Origin: Candidatus Bathyarchaeia archaeon
GTDB taxonomy: Bacteria > Patescibacteriota > Microgenomatia > PFEM01 > JAFGMK01
Direction: 5' to 3'
NCBI GenBank assembly: GCA_035529595.1
Contig: DATKWK010000017.1
Span: 250,961-314,960 of the forward strand
DNA: 64,000 nt
Shown: positions 46,981 through 56,954 of the stretch, piece after piece
Layout of the letters: the number at the start of each line of letters is the position of its first letter
Position numbering within the stretch: position 1 is the first letter of the stretch
Notes under the pieces: model-generated
The model's database searches: none
Told to the model about the DNA's origin: nothing
What the model saw: only the letters and a program-made list of their open reading frames with translations
Made by a program: the position numbers and the translations under genes

Positions 46981-48360
46981 ATGGAACAGGAGAGAGAAAA
47001 GCAAACAAGAAAGATCCAATCCGGTTTCGAAGGCGCCCGGTCTTTTCTTGCCTCCGGCGCCCGGATTTGGAACCAATTTATGATGTTCATTGTCGTGGTT
47101 GGTGCTCTGCCGATAATTTTTCCTCAATGGGTGAACATCGGTAACAAAATCATTGTTTTAGCCATCGTCGCTTCATTGTTCGCTACCAGTCTGTTTAGTG
47201 AAATTATTCGCCGTTATTTAGAAAAGAGGAAAAAAAATACCGCCTCGGTAGTCAACTTTCAGCTTCTTTCACGAGCGATTCTTCTTACACTATTTCTCCA
47301 TCTTTTTGGCCGTATTAACGGCCCATTTTTTGTTCTTTATCTTCTGGTTGTCATGGAATCTTTCTTAAGCGCTAACCGTTTTCTTTCCAATCTGATTGTC
47401 AGTTTTATGGTTTTTGCTACCTCGTTTGAGTTTTTACTTCTGCTTTGGGTAAGGGAAGCGGTATTTGATTATGATTCGGCGATTGCTTTTTTGATCAGGA
47501 TAATTTCCATCATTTTTATGCATGCTTATGGCGGCGTTCTCGCAGAAAAGATAGCTTCCGAACAAGAAGCGGAAAATAATACCCGGGAGGTAGTTAAAGA
47601 AACTGAGAAATTGTCCCAGCAAATTAAGAAGACTAATTATAAATTAAAAGAACTGTCAGCTTTGAAAGATGAATTTGTTTCCGTTGCTTCCCATGAATTG
47701 CGGGCGCCGATGACGACAATCAAAGGCTATATTTCTATGATTCTTGAAGGTGATGCCGGTAAAATCCCGCCGAAAGTCAAGGAGTTCTTGAGAGATGCCT
47801 ATGAAAGCAACGACAGGATGATTCGGTTAGTTAATAATATGCTTAATGTTTCCCGGATTGAATCGGGTCGGCTGATTATTAGCCTCCAGGATATCCAGAT
47901 CGAACAGGCGATCGATGAGGTGGTTAGGAATTTTCAATTGGAAGCCGACCAGCATGGCTTGGAATTAAAGTATTTCCGATCCAAGAAAAAACTGCCTAAA
48001 GTTCGGGTTGATCCGGACCGGATTAGGGAGGTTATCTCCAATATTGTCGGCAATGCGGTTAATTTTACTCCTCATGGCCACATTTATGTTAAGAGTTACC
48101 GGGATGATGATTTGGTGACGGTTTCGATTGAAGACACCGGTGTTGGTCTGGCAATTGCCGATCAGGAACAGCTTTTTAAGAAGTTTTCTCAGATTGGAGT
48201 TGGGGCACCCTTGAAAAAGGGTTCCGGCCTAGGGCTTTATATCTGTAAAATGTTGATTAACGAGTTCGGTGGTGATATTTGGTTAAATTCGAGAGTCGGT
48301 AAAGGCACAACTTTTTATTTCAGCCTGCCGGTAATCGAAAACCATAAAGAAAAGGGCTAA
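46981..48360 (+). CDS. membrane sensor histidine kinase (5-6 TM + HisKA + HATPase_c)
   Basis: H-box SHELRAPM, N-box NIVGNAVNFT, G-boxes DTGVGL and GSGLGLYICK. Confidence 0.9.
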   Translation: MEQEREKQTRKIQSGFEGARSFLASGARIWNQFMMFIVVVGALPIIFPQWVNIGNKIIVLAIVASLFATSLFSEIIRRYLEKRKKNTASVVNFQLLSRAILLTLFLHLFGRINGPFFVLYLLVVMESFLSANRFLSNLIVSFMVFATSFEFLLLLWVREAVFDYDSAIAFLIRIISIIFMHAYGGVLAEKIASEQEAENNTREVVKETEKLSQQIKKTNYKLKELSALKDEFVSVASHELRAPMTTIKGYISMILEGDAGKIPPKVKEFLRDAYESNDRMIRLVNNMLNVSRIESGRLIISLQDIQIEQAIDEVVRNFQLEADQHGLELKYFRSKKKLPKVRVDPDRIREVISNIVGNAVNFTPHGHIYVKSYRDDDLVTVSIEDTGVGLAIADQEQLFKKFSQIGVGAPLKKGSGLGLYICKMLINEFGGDIWLNSRVGKGTTFYFSLPVIENHKEKG

Positions 48361-48391
48361 TAAAAATCTATAATCATGAAAGGATAACCGG

Positions 48392-48793
48392 ATGGATAAT
48401 AACGGTAGCCAAGTAAACCAAACCACGGCCTCAAGGACGATTTTAATGGTTGAAGACGATCTGCCGATGGTAAAGATGTATTCAACCAAACTTAAGATCG
48501 AGGGTTTTGAAGTTATTGTCGCTCATGATGGCGAGGAAGGGTTAAAGAAACTAAGAGAACAATCAGTAAACCTGGTTTTACTTGATTTAATGATTCCTAA
48601 ATTGGGAGGAATGGAAGTTCTCGAGAAAATGAGACAGGAAGAAAAGACAAAAAAAATGCCGGTGGTTATTCTGTCTAATTTATCGCAAGAGGAAGACATT
48701 CAGAGAGCGAGTGAACTTGGCGTAAAAAATTTCTTGATCAAATCGAACTATACCCCAAGCCAGGTTGTCAAAGTTGTTAAGAGTTATTTCTAA
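48392..48793 (+). CDS. single-domain response regulator (receiver only)
   Basis: ILMVEDD, LVLLDLMIPKLGG and SNLSQEED...K. Confidence 0.85.
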   Translation: MDNNGSQVNQTTASRTILMVEDDLPMVKMYSTKLKIEGFEVIVAHDGEEGLKKLREQSVNLVLLDLMIPKLGGMEVLEKMRQEEKTKKMPVVILSNLSQEEDIQRASELGVKNFLIKSNYTPSQVVKVVKSYF

Positions 48794-48796
48794 GAA

Positions 48797-50479
48797 GTGA
48801 AAATACTGCCCGAAAAACTGAAGGAAATTCTCCTCAAGGACGGCTATGTCAATCAGGAGGATTTTAATAATGCGGTTCAAATTTCCCAAGATCTGGATAA
48901 ACCTCTTGAGGATGTGTTAATCTTCCGTGGCTTAATTAATGAAGAATCTTTAGGCCAACTTATTGCCGAACATTACCAAGTCCCCTTTGTCTCTTTAAGG
49001 CATAAACTTATTCCTCTGGAAGTCTTGCAGCTCATACCTGAAAATTTGGCCCGATCCTACCGGATCTTACCTTTTGAAAAAACCGGCGAGGAAGTTTGTT
49101 TGGCGATGGAGGATCCGGAAGACTTTGAAGCAGTAGAGTTTGCGAAAAGGCAAATCGGATTGAGGATAAAACCCTTCTTTGCCACCTCTGAGGCTCTGGT
49201 TAAGGGGCTTTCTCAGTACAAAAAAAATATCAGGAAAGACTTCGAAAAGATCATCAGCGAAAACTTGAGAAAAACAAAAACCGTCAGGGGTAAGGATTTA
49301 GCCAAAGCCGCCGTTGATATCCCGGTTGTCAAGATTCTGGATACGATTTTGGAATACGCCATTGCCGAAAGGGCTTCCGATATTCATATTGAACTTTTGG
49401 AAAATGAGTTAATGGTTCGTTACCGGATCGATGGCCTGCTTCACGACATAATTTCTTTACCGCAAGAAATTCACGCGGCAATCGTCGCCCGGATTAAAGT
49501 TATGACGCGTCTAAAGATTGATGAACATCGGATACCACAAGACGGCCGCTTTAAATTTCAAATTGATGAGGACTATATTTCTCTTCGGGTTTCAATCATT
49601 CCCGCTTTTTATGGGGAAAACATCGTGATGCGGTTGTTGTTTGAATCAGCCCGGCCTTTAAGTCTGGAGGAATTAGGTCTAGCCGGAAAAAATTTTGAAA
49701 CCCTCCAAAGAAACATTAAAAAACCTCATGGCATGCTTTTGGTTACCGGACCAACGGGTTGCGGAAAGACGACTACCCTTTATAGTATCTTGAACATTGT
49801 CAATACAGCCGAGACTAAAATTTGCACAATTGAGGATCCGATTGAATATGGTATGGAAAGAGTAACTCAGATCCAGGTTAACCCGACCGCCGGTTTGACC
49901 TTTGCCACCGGTCTTCGGGCGTTAGTCAGGCATGATCCTGATGTAATCATGGTCGGAGAAATTAGAGATAAAGAAACCGTGGAAATGGCAATTCATTCGG
50001 CGCTGACCGGCCATCTGGTTCTTTCGACATTACACACTAACGATGCACCGGGGGCGATCCCGCGCTTATTGGATATGGGAGCCGAAGATTTCTTGGTTGC
50101 CTCGACCGTCAATATTGTGATTGCCCAGCGACTTGTTCGCCGGATTTGTACTGCCTGCATTCAGAGGTTCAAGCCCGAGGTAAAGGCAATGGAACTAATC
50201 GAGAAACGCTTTGGGGTAAAAATCAAGAGTTGCGATTTTTACCGGGGGAAAGGCTGTGCAGAATGTAATGGAAAAGGCTATCGGGGCAGGGTGGGAATTT
50301 TTGAGATTTTAGAAGTGACCGATGAGATTAGAGAATTAATTCTGAAAAAAGTTTCGGTAGGAGCCATCAGAAAAGCAGCCATTAAAACGAGCATGATAAC
50401 GATGTTGCTTGACGGCTTGGATAAAATCGCCGCCGGAATTACGACAGTTGAAGAAGTTTTAAGAGTTGTTCAGGAATAA
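48797..50479 (+). CDS. pilB: type IV pilus assembly ATPase PilB (GspE family)
   Basis: N-terminal GSPII_E_N-like domain, Walker A GPTGCGKTTT, Asp/His boxes, and a tetracysteine (CTAC...CAEC) zinc motif. Confidence 0.9.
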   Translation: MKILPEKLKEILLKDGYVNQEDFNNAVQISQDLDKPLEDVLIFRGLINEESLGQLIAEHYQVPFVSLRHKLIPLEVLQLIPENLARSYRILPFEKTGEEVCLAMEDPEDFEAVEFAKRQIGLRIKPFFATSEALVKGLSQYKKNIRKDFEKIISENLRKTKTVRGKDLAKAAVDIPVVKILDTILEYAIAERASDIHIELLENELMVRYRIDGLLHDIISLPQEIHAAIVARIKVMTRLKIDEHRIPQDGRFKFQIDEDYISLRVSIIPAFYGENIVMRLLFESARPLSLEELGLAGKNFETLQRNIKKPHGMLLVTGPTGCGKTTTLYSILNIVNTAETKICTIEDPIEYGMERVTQIQVNPTAGLTFATGLRALVRHDPDVIMVGEIRDKETVEMAIHSALTGHLVLSTLHTNDAPGAIPRLLDMGAEDFLVASTVNIVIAQRLVRRICTACIQRFKPEVKAMELIEKRFGVKIKSCDFYRGKGCAECNGKGYRGRVGIFEILEVTDEIRELILKKVSVGAIRKAAIKTSMITMLLDGLDKIAAGITTVEEVLRVVQE

Positions 50480-50529
50480 ATTGAGATAGTTGAATAACGT
50501 TTTTCCAATTATTCAGTGGAATATGGACC

Positions 50530-51765
50530 ATGCCTGTTTTTAAATATAAAGCCGAAACTAAAAAGCATGAGATTAAAGAAGGGGTTTTAGTGGCGGCTTC
50601 GAAAAAAGATGCCGGCGAACAACTTAAAGACCAGCAACTTTCCCCCTTGTTTGTCCAGGAAACGACTACTGGGGGCAAAAAGCAATCCGGGGTTTTATTT
50701 GCCCGGGGAGTGAGTTTAGTTGATAAGGCCAATCTCTGTCGCTACCTTTCGACGATGATTAACTCGGGATTGGCTTTAACCGAGGCGGTGGAGGTATTGG
50801 CTGAGGAGTCAGACCACCCTAAAATGCAGCAGGTTTTAGATGATGTACGCGTTAGTCTTCAGGCTGGCCAGCCTCTTTCGGCTGCTTTTACTCAGCACCC
50901 GGACGTTTTCGACGACGTTTTCCTGACACTCGTCAAAGCCGGAGAAGAAAGCGGTACCCTAGGAAAGTCGTTTGACTATCTTGGCAAACAGCTTTATGCG
51001 GATTACGAATTGACACAAAAAGTAAAAAGTACCTTGGCTTATCCGATTGTGATTGTTTTAACGACTTCAGCTTTAGGAGTGGCGATGTTAGTCTTTGTCG
51101 TCCCTAAAATTGCTCCTATTCTGCTGAACCTCAACCGCGAATTTCCGCTGCCGGTTTATACTCTGTTTATCCTGCGCTTCGGTTTGCTGCTTTCAAAGAA
51201 CATCCCCTTTTTTTTAGCAGGAATAATCTTTTTAGGATTTTGTCTTTTTTTGATTTTTCGTAAACCTGCCGGCAGAAAAGTTCTTGGTAATTTTATTTCC
51301 CGAATCCCTTTTTTCGGGCAGCTTTTAATTAAGCTTGTTCTTGGCAGGTTTAACCGGACTTTAGCGACTCTTCTCAAAAGCGGTGTTCCGATTACTAATT
51401 CGCTTCGGGTATCCGCCGCTACTTTAAATTTGCCCCAATTTAAAAATATGGGCAGTTATTTTGTTGAGGAAGTAGAAAAAGGGGTTGCCCTGTCTGAGAT
51501 CTTAAAAAAAACTAAACTTTTTCCTTCGATTATGATTCGGATGGTTTCCACCGGCGAGAAAACCGGCTCTATAGATAAACTGCTGATTGATTTAGCCCAA
51601 TTTTACGAGGAGGAAGTCAGTAATGCCCTGAAAACCCTCACTAGCGTTATTGAACCGATTATGATGTTGTTTATCGGTATTGGGGTAGGAGTTATCGTAA
51701 TTTCGGTGATTGCTCCTATATATTCATTTGTAGGCAGTCTCTCTAAAAGCCTCACGACCCATTAG
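50530..51765 (+). CDS. pilC: type IV pilus inner-membrane platform protein PilC (GspF family, two T2SS-F domains)
   Basis: 411 aa with a duplicated GspF domain and 3 TM helices. Confidence 0.9.
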   Translation: MPVFKYKAETKKHEIKEGVLVAASKKDAGEQLKDQQLSPLFVQETTTGGKKQSGVLFARGVSLVDKANLCRYLSTMINSGLALTEAVEVLAEESDHPKMQQVLDDVRVSLQAGQPLSAAFTQHPDVFDDVFLTLVKAGEESGTLGKSFDYLGKQLYADYELTQKVKSTLAYPIVIVLTTSALGVAMLVFVVPKIAPILLNLNREFPLPVYTLFILRFGLLLSKNIPFFLAGIIFLGFCLFLIFRKPAGRKVLGNFISRIPFFGQLLIKLVLGRFNRTLATLLKSGVPITNSLRVSAATLNLPQFKNMGSYFVEEVEKGVALSEILKKTKLFPSIMIRMVSTGEKTGSIDKLLIDLAQFYEEEVSNALKTLTSVIEPIMMLFIGIGVGVIVISVIAPIYSFVGSLSKSLTTH

Positions 51766-51774
51766 GTCAAAACG

Positions 51775-52266
51775 ATGATGCAAGTAAAAAAAGAAGCGAC
51801 CGGTTTTACTCTAATTGAAATATTGTTAACTGTTGGCCTGTTAGCAATTCTCTTAGGACTGGGGACAATCGTTTTTGGAAATTTTTCCCGTCAAGACCAA
51901 CTAAATTCGACTGCCGAAAAAATCGTTTCCTGTCTAAGCGAGGCTCAAACCCGGACGGTTGCCGGATATTCCCTGGGACAGGCAGCCGCTTTCAATTTTG
52001 GAGTCCACTTTAACGATAGCAGTTACACTATTTTTCCCGGTACGGCTTTTGATCCCAATGATGTACGCAATCAACGCTTTGAATTACCGGCCACCCTGGA
52101 AATAAAACCGATATTTCTGCCTTTAAGTAATATTGTTTTTGAAAAAATTACCGGTGAAGTCCGTGATTATAATCCCAGCCAAAATTATCTTATTTTGACC
52201 GGTAAACAATCCGGTAAAGAAAAAAATATCATTATTAATAAGTTGGGAGTAGCGAAAATAGAATAA
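51775..52266 (+). CDS. prepilin-type N-terminal cleavage/methylation domain protein (minor pilin/pseudopilin)
   Basis: Class III signal KEATG|FTLIEILLTVGLLAILL with Glu at position +5. Confidence 0.75.
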   Translation: MMQVKKEATGFTLIEILLTVGLLAILLGLGTIVFGNFSRQDQLNSTAEKIVSCLSEAQTRTVAGYSLGQAAAFNFGVHFNDSSYTIFPGTAFDPNDVRNQRFELPATLEIKPIFLPLSNIVFEKITGEVRDYNPSQNYLILTGKQSGKEKNIIINKLGVAKIE

Positions 52267-53642
52267 TGTCAATAGTTAAAAACCGGAAATTTATGGAAAA
52301 AGGCCTGGTTCTTGTCGAAGTGTTAATTGCCAGCGGAATTTTGGCTCTATTACTGGTTCCAATCCTGAGTTTCTTTGTCACCAGTCTTGAATCAAACTGG
52401 TTTGCCTCAAAAGAAATTAAGGCCCAAAGCTTGCTTTTGGAGCAACTGGAGGCAGTTAGATCAATCCGGGAAAGAAATTGGCCGGAATTAAAAGACGGCA
52501 CTTATTATTTGCAGTTGGAAGAGGGTAGCTGGAAATTGGTTGAAAACCAAAATGGAGAAACCGTTGGCTCTTTTACCCGTAAAATCGAAATCTTGCCCGT
52601 ATATCGGAGTATAAACGATCTGATTGTCGAGGCGGCTGAGCCGGGTTCCCGCCTTGATCCGTCAACCAAAAAAATTACGGCAACCGTTTCCTGGCATGTC
52701 TTGCGTGACCGAAGTATTAGTGTCAGCACTTATTTAACCCGCCATCTTGATAATTTGATTTGGAAGCAGACCACCCAGGCGGAATTCGACCTCGGGGAAA
52801 AGCAGTATGTTGAGACGACTCAGGTTGTTGACGGTGAAGTTCAGCTTGAAGGCGGCTGCGGCGAGAATCCGGCCGGTGCCTGGATTTATAATGAATCTTT
52901 TCAGAATACCTGGCAAATTCATCCCTCGGCCCAAAATAATATTCGTGAAATAACTCAACCACCCGGTTATGTTTATGAAGGAACTAAGGCTTTGGAACTG
53001 TCTTCCTTTTCCGGGGCCGACACGAAACTTAGGAATGTTGGTAGTGTCTGTACGCTTGGTTTCACCCGGTTTGATTTTTATGCCTATAATTCGGCCAGTA
53101 TCGAACAATCTTTCCAGATTGGCGGTGATTGGCAAGGAGGTTTTGTTGAGGTCGTCCTGCCATCTAATTCCTGGCAGTTTTTTTCTATTGCTTACAATAA
53201 GATCAGCGGTGATAATGAGAATAACTTAAGTTTTCTCTTTTTTAAACCGGGGAATGCCTTACCGGAGACCAAATTTTATCTGGATAATATGACTTTAAGC
53301 GGTGGGGTCGGCGGATATTATAGTGAGGGAACGTTAATCTCCTTGATCTTAGATGGTAATCGCGAAACAGTTTTTAATCAGATTTCTTATACTGCTAACT
53401 TGCCGGCTCAAACCGAAATCGGCTTTCAGATTGCGACTTCAAACAGCAGTGAGGGCCCCTGGTTTTTCTACGGGCCAGGCGGCGCCACCGAAACGAACGA
53501 TCTATATACTCAGGCGGAAGGTGAAGGGATCTGGTTGGGGAATAATTTCGGCAGATTCTTGCGTTATAAAGCCTACTTGCGTTCACTTGATGGCACCGGC
53601 ACACCGGTTTTATCCGACGTCACTATCAATTACTCGCCATGA
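52266..53642 (+). CDS. large pilin-like protein (prepilin N-terminus + ~400-aa beta-rich extracellular domain)
   Basis: EKG|LVLVEVLIASGILALLL prepilin-like N-terminus with Glu +5. 458 aa. Possibly a tip or minor pilin. Confidence 0.55.
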   Translation: MSIVKNRKFMEKGLVLVEVLIASGILALLLVPILSFFVTSLESNWFASKEIKAQSLLLEQLEAVRSIRERNWPELKDGTYYLQLEEGSWKLVENQNGETVGSFTRKIEILPVYRSINDLIVEAAEPGSRLDPSTKKITATVSWHVLRDRSISVSTYLTRHLDNLIWKQTTQAEFDLGEKQYVETTQVVDGEVQLEGGCGENPAGAWIYNESFQNTWQIHPSAQNNIREITQPPGYVYEGTKALELSSFSGADTKLRNVGSVCTLGFTRFDFYAYNSASIEQSFQIGGDWQGGFVEVVLPSNSWQFFSIAYNKISGDNENNLSFLFFKPGNALPETKFYLDNMTLSGGVGGYYSEGTLISLILDGNRETVFNQISYTANLPAQTEIGFQIATSNSSEGPWFFYGPGGATETNDLYTQAEGEGIWLGNNFGRFLRYKAYLRSLDGTGTPVLSDVTINYSP

Positions 53643-54151
53643 AATTGTCAAAAATTAATCCAAGTCACCCCTGGAGTGAAATATCAGGTTATACTTTAAT
53701 TGAAGTATTGCTTTACTCCCTGATTTTATCGCTTTTTCTCTTACTTACCACTCAGGTGTTTATTACCGTTAAGCTCTCCAGTACCCAATCAAATATTTTC
53801 GTTTATCTGTCCCGGAATTTTCGCCGGGCAAGTAGTGATTTTACCCAAACTATAAGGGGTGCGGCAAATGTGAGTTCTCCCTTGCCGGGTAGCTTGTCTG
53901 CCAGTCTTGTTTTGAATAATGGCGCGATTACTTACCAGCTTGACCAGGGGATTCTGAAAAAAACTCAATCCGGTCAGACTTGGGATTTGACTACTGATGA
54001 GGTAACCGTTTCTGATCTTTCCTTCGAAAACGCGGCTGAATCAACGCAAACAGCTCTCTTAAGAATCAGTATGAAAATTGAATCAAATTATCTTTTAGAA
54101 GGAGGCAGGAAAATATCAGAAGATTTTGAAACAACGATCGGATTAAGATAG
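53639..54151 (+). CDS. prepilin-type pseudopilin
   Basis: SG|YTLIEVLLYSLILSLFLL class III signal. Confidence 0.7.
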   Translation: MKLSKINPSHPWSEISGYTLIEVLLYSLILSLFLLLTTQVFITVKLSSTQSNIFVYLSRNFRRASSDFTQTIRGAANVSSPLPGSLSASLVLNNGAITYQLDQGILKKTQSGQTWDLTTDEVTVSDLSFENAAESTQTALLRISMKIESNYLLEGGRKISEDFETTIGLR

Positions 54152-54152
54152 G

Positions 54153-54545
54153 GTGAATTTTAAAATGACAATTAAAACCACTAAGGGTCAAGCTTTATTA
54201 CCGCTTCTGATTGTTATTGTGATAGTTTTGACTATTGGCACAGCCTCTATCGAACTGGCTATAAGTAACGTAGTTATTAACCGCTATTTTCAGGAAGGGT
54301 TAACCGGTTATTTTACTGTTGAGGCCGCTTTAGAAAATGCTTTCTTAAGAATTCTGCGCAATCCCGGATATACCGGCGAGAATTTGCAGATCAATCAGGC
54401 GTCTTGTACAATAGAAGTAAGCGGCATGTCGCCTAAAATAGTTTCTGCCCGTTGTGATACCGGCCGGCAAATTAGAAAAATGCAGGCTGAGATAACTTAC
54501 AATCAGGGGATAATGACGGTCGGAAATATCAAGGAAGTTGAATAA
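54153..54545 (+). CDS. pilin-like hypothetical protein (hydrophobic N-terminus lacking the conserved Glu +5)
   Basis: TKG|QALLPLLIVIVIVL. 130 aa. Lies inside the pilus locus. Confidence 0.4.
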   Translation: MNFKMTIKTTKGQALLPLLIVIVIVLTIGTASIELAISNVVINRYFQEGLTGYFTVEAALENAFLRILRNPGYTGENLQINQASCTIEVSGMSPKIVSARCDTGRQIRKMQAEITYNQGIMTVGNIKEVE

Positions 54546-55953
54546 TATGCTTTTTGCAAAACGAAGGAAGAACTATTTCGCTCTCAGCTTCTCTGATCAG
54601 GAGATCCGGTTAGCCCAGGTTGACCAAAAAGGCAATTTAGTCTTGAATTCAAAATTAGAGCTCAAATCCGGCATTATTGAGAGGGGTTGGATAAGAAAGG
54701 CCCAAGAGCTGGTAACCCTCTTGGGAAATTTCCTTAAGCCGTTAAAGTTAAAAAAGAGATTTGTGGCCGTTGGTTTACCGGAAATCGTCTCCTTTAGCCG
54801 CGTTTTAACCCTGCCTGCCCTTCCCAGTGAAGAACTTGATGATGCGGTCAGGTGGCAAATAGAGTCTTTGCTTCCCCTGCCTCTGAATGAGACCTATTTG
54901 GACTGGATGCTTCTGGATAAAGATGAAACTTCCGTTCGGGTTTTAGTAATGGCCTTGCCGGCCCAATTAATTGAGGATTTTGCCAAAGTGCTTGAGAATT
55001 TAAATCTGGTGCCGGTTGCCTTTGAACCTACTTCGTTGAGCCTATCCCGCTTAGCGGAAAAAGGAGACAAAAACTGCCTGATAGTCGAGATTAACGAAAA
55101 AGAAGCGGTGCTAGTGTTAGTCGGACCCCATGGCGAGATTGAACTGACTTCCACAACTGCTTTTAAGGATCAGGGTATAAAAGAGAACCTGCCTGTCACG
55201 ATAGAGGAACTTTTGGGTTTCTATAAAAAGAAGTTTAGTGAAAAGGCAAAGATTGTAAAGGTCCTTTTATGCGGTGGCGGAGTTAGTGATGAATTGACAG
55301 CTGAAATCAAAAAGAAAACGTCTTTAGAAACGGCACCAATTCCCATTAAGCCACTCGGGTTCGCCAGTACTATTTCTCTGGCTAAAAAAGATGTCGCCGC
55401 GCCGATCGATGAAAAAACTGTTAATCTGATTCCACCCCGAATCCAGGGGGTTTTCGACTTAGCAGAAAAAAGCCGGGTCCTGAGTAATTGGGTCAAATTC
55501 TGGTTATTTAGTCTCTTTTTAATCTTGTTTGCTTTTGGGGTTACGGCGGCTCGGGTTTATTTTGATCTCAAACAGATTGAGGGTGAGATTATTGAGCGTC
55601 AGGTAAAAATCACGCCCGAGATGAAAAAGGTTGAAGGGGAAGCCAAAAGAATAACCAAAAAAGCCAGCCAAATTCTGACTCTGGTTGATGCCTCGCGGGA
55701 GACGATTTCCTTATTGGGGTTGATTCAGGCTGCGGTACCGGAAGGAATAAGTCTTAATCATTATTCAATCGACTTTGGGAAACAGCAGATTATTATTAAT
55801 GGGGTAGCCGATCATCGTGATCAACTGATAAAGTTTAAGCAGGCTCTTGAAAACGAGGAAAAACTGTCTCAGGTTAGAATTCCCCTTTCCAGTCTAGAAA
55901 AGGAGGAAAATGTCGTCTTTACCGTTTCGCTTATCGCGAAAACCGGCTCATAA
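54538..55953 (+). CDS. PilM-like actin-fold protein fused to a PilN-like TM + periplasmic segment
   Basis: N-terminal PilM-like region (FALSFSDQEIRLAQVD...). A TM helix (WVKFWLFSLFLILFAFGV) at about residue 320, then a coiled-coil/periplasmic tail. Confidence 0.65.
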   Translation: MNNMLFAKRRKNYFALSFSDQEIRLAQVDQKGNLVLNSKLELKSGIIERGWIRKAQELVTLLGNFLKPLKLKKRFVAVGLPEIVSFSRVLTLPALPSEELDDAVRWQIESLLPLPLNETYLDWMLLDKDETSVRVLVMALPAQLIEDFAKVLENLNLVPVAFEPTSLSLSRLAEKGDKNCLIVEINEKEAVLVLVGPHGEIELTSTTAFKDQGIKENLPVTIEELLGFYKKKFSEKAKIVKVLLCGGGVSDELTAEIKKKTSLETAPIPIKPLGFASTISLAKKDVAAPIDEKTVNLIPPRIQGVFDLAEKSRVLSNWVKFWLFSLFLILFAFGVTAARVYFDLKQIEGEIIERQVKITPEMKKVEGEAKRITKKASQILTLVDASRETISLLGLIQAAVPEGISLNHYSIDFGKQQIIINGVADHRDQLIKFKQALENEEKLSQVRIPLSSLEKEENVVFTVSLIAKTGS

Positions 55954-55993
55954 AACAGCCTCTTCTCGACCAGAGAAGTCGGAAGCGTTATCT

Positions 55994-56575
55994 ATGAATA
56001 ACGGAGTAAAACTTAAGTCGCCGGCACCAAAAAAAATAGTGCCCTATCCCTATCTTCATTTATCGGTAGCGATTTTTTTTACCCTTTTATTTCTCGGTGG
56101 CATTTTTCTTTCGTCAGGGAAATTAATTTCTTTGAGCCAGAAAACAGCTGCCAGCCGCGGCCAATTGACAGCTTTAAGAGAAAATGTAGTTGCTCTTACT
56201 GCCCTGTCTCAGAATTTGGAATCGGTTAGAGGGGAAATCACTTTGCTTGATAAAGCATTGCCTAAAGAAGACGGCATTGTTGATTTTGTTAAAGCGATTA
56301 AGGGAATCAGCCGGGAGATTTCGCTTGAGACATTTGCCTTCGGTTCGGATCAGCCAAGTCTCAATGCCGCCGGTAATGCCTATATCGATTTTGGGATTGA
56401 GATGAAAGGTGCCTTTCCAGCCTTGCGAATTTTTTTGGACCGCTTCACTAACCTTCCTTATATAGTGAAGGTGCAAATGGTTAACTTGGCAAGTATTGAT
56501 CAGGAAGAAGCTCAACTGACAGTTCAAGCAAGAATTTATGTCAATGACTCATTTTTTTCCCAGGCGGACCAATGA
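55994..56575 (+). CDS. PilO-like bitopic protein
   Basis: Single TM helix (LHLSVAIFFTLLFLGGIFL), a coiled coil (LTALRENVVALTALSQNLESVRGEITLLDKAL), then a ferredoxin-like C-terminus. Start chosen at ATG 55994. Confidence 0.5.
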   Translation: MNNGVKLKSPAPKKIVPYPYLHLSVAIFFTLLFLGGIFLSSGKLISLSQKTAASRGQLTALRENVVALTALSQNLESVRGEITLLDKALPKEDGIVDFVKAIKGISREISLETFAFGSDQPSLNAAGNAYIDFGIEMKGAFPALRIFLDRFTNLPYIVKVQMVNLASIDQEEAQLTVQARIYVNDSFFSQADQ

Positions 56576-56847
56576 ATGAATTAAAAATTGTCAAGGTAAT
56601 AAAAATATTGGTTTTCATTTTGATTTTAGGCAGTTGGGTAGTTGCCGGAAGGGTTATTTATAATAATCTTTATCGGGCGACAAAAATCGACCCGGCTTTA
56701 GTGGAGCTTTACCAGCCACGATTAGATACTGACCTGGTAAAGAGAGCAGCAGAAGTCTTACGAGGAAGGGAAAGCTTTGTCGATATGCCGATTGAAGAAA
56801 CGATTACCGAAGAAAAAGAAGCAACCAAAGGTGGTGTTCTAGAGTAA
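56572..56847 (+). CDS. small bitopic protein in the pilus locus (PilP-like?)
   Basis: 91 aa with an N-terminal TM helix. ATGA overlap with the upstream gene. Confidence 0.35.
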   Translation: MNELKIVKVIKILVFILILGSWVVAGRVIYNNLYRATKIDPALVELYQPRLDTDLVKRAAEVLRGRESFVDMPIEETITEEKEATKGGVLE

Positions 56848-56954
56848 TACCTGCCAGGTTTTATAGTTATTGTGTTGACAAGAGCTTTCTTAGTTTGTTA
56901 AGCTGGACTTGTGATTAAAAACAAATAGAATGTTTTGGGAAAGGGGGTGAAAAA

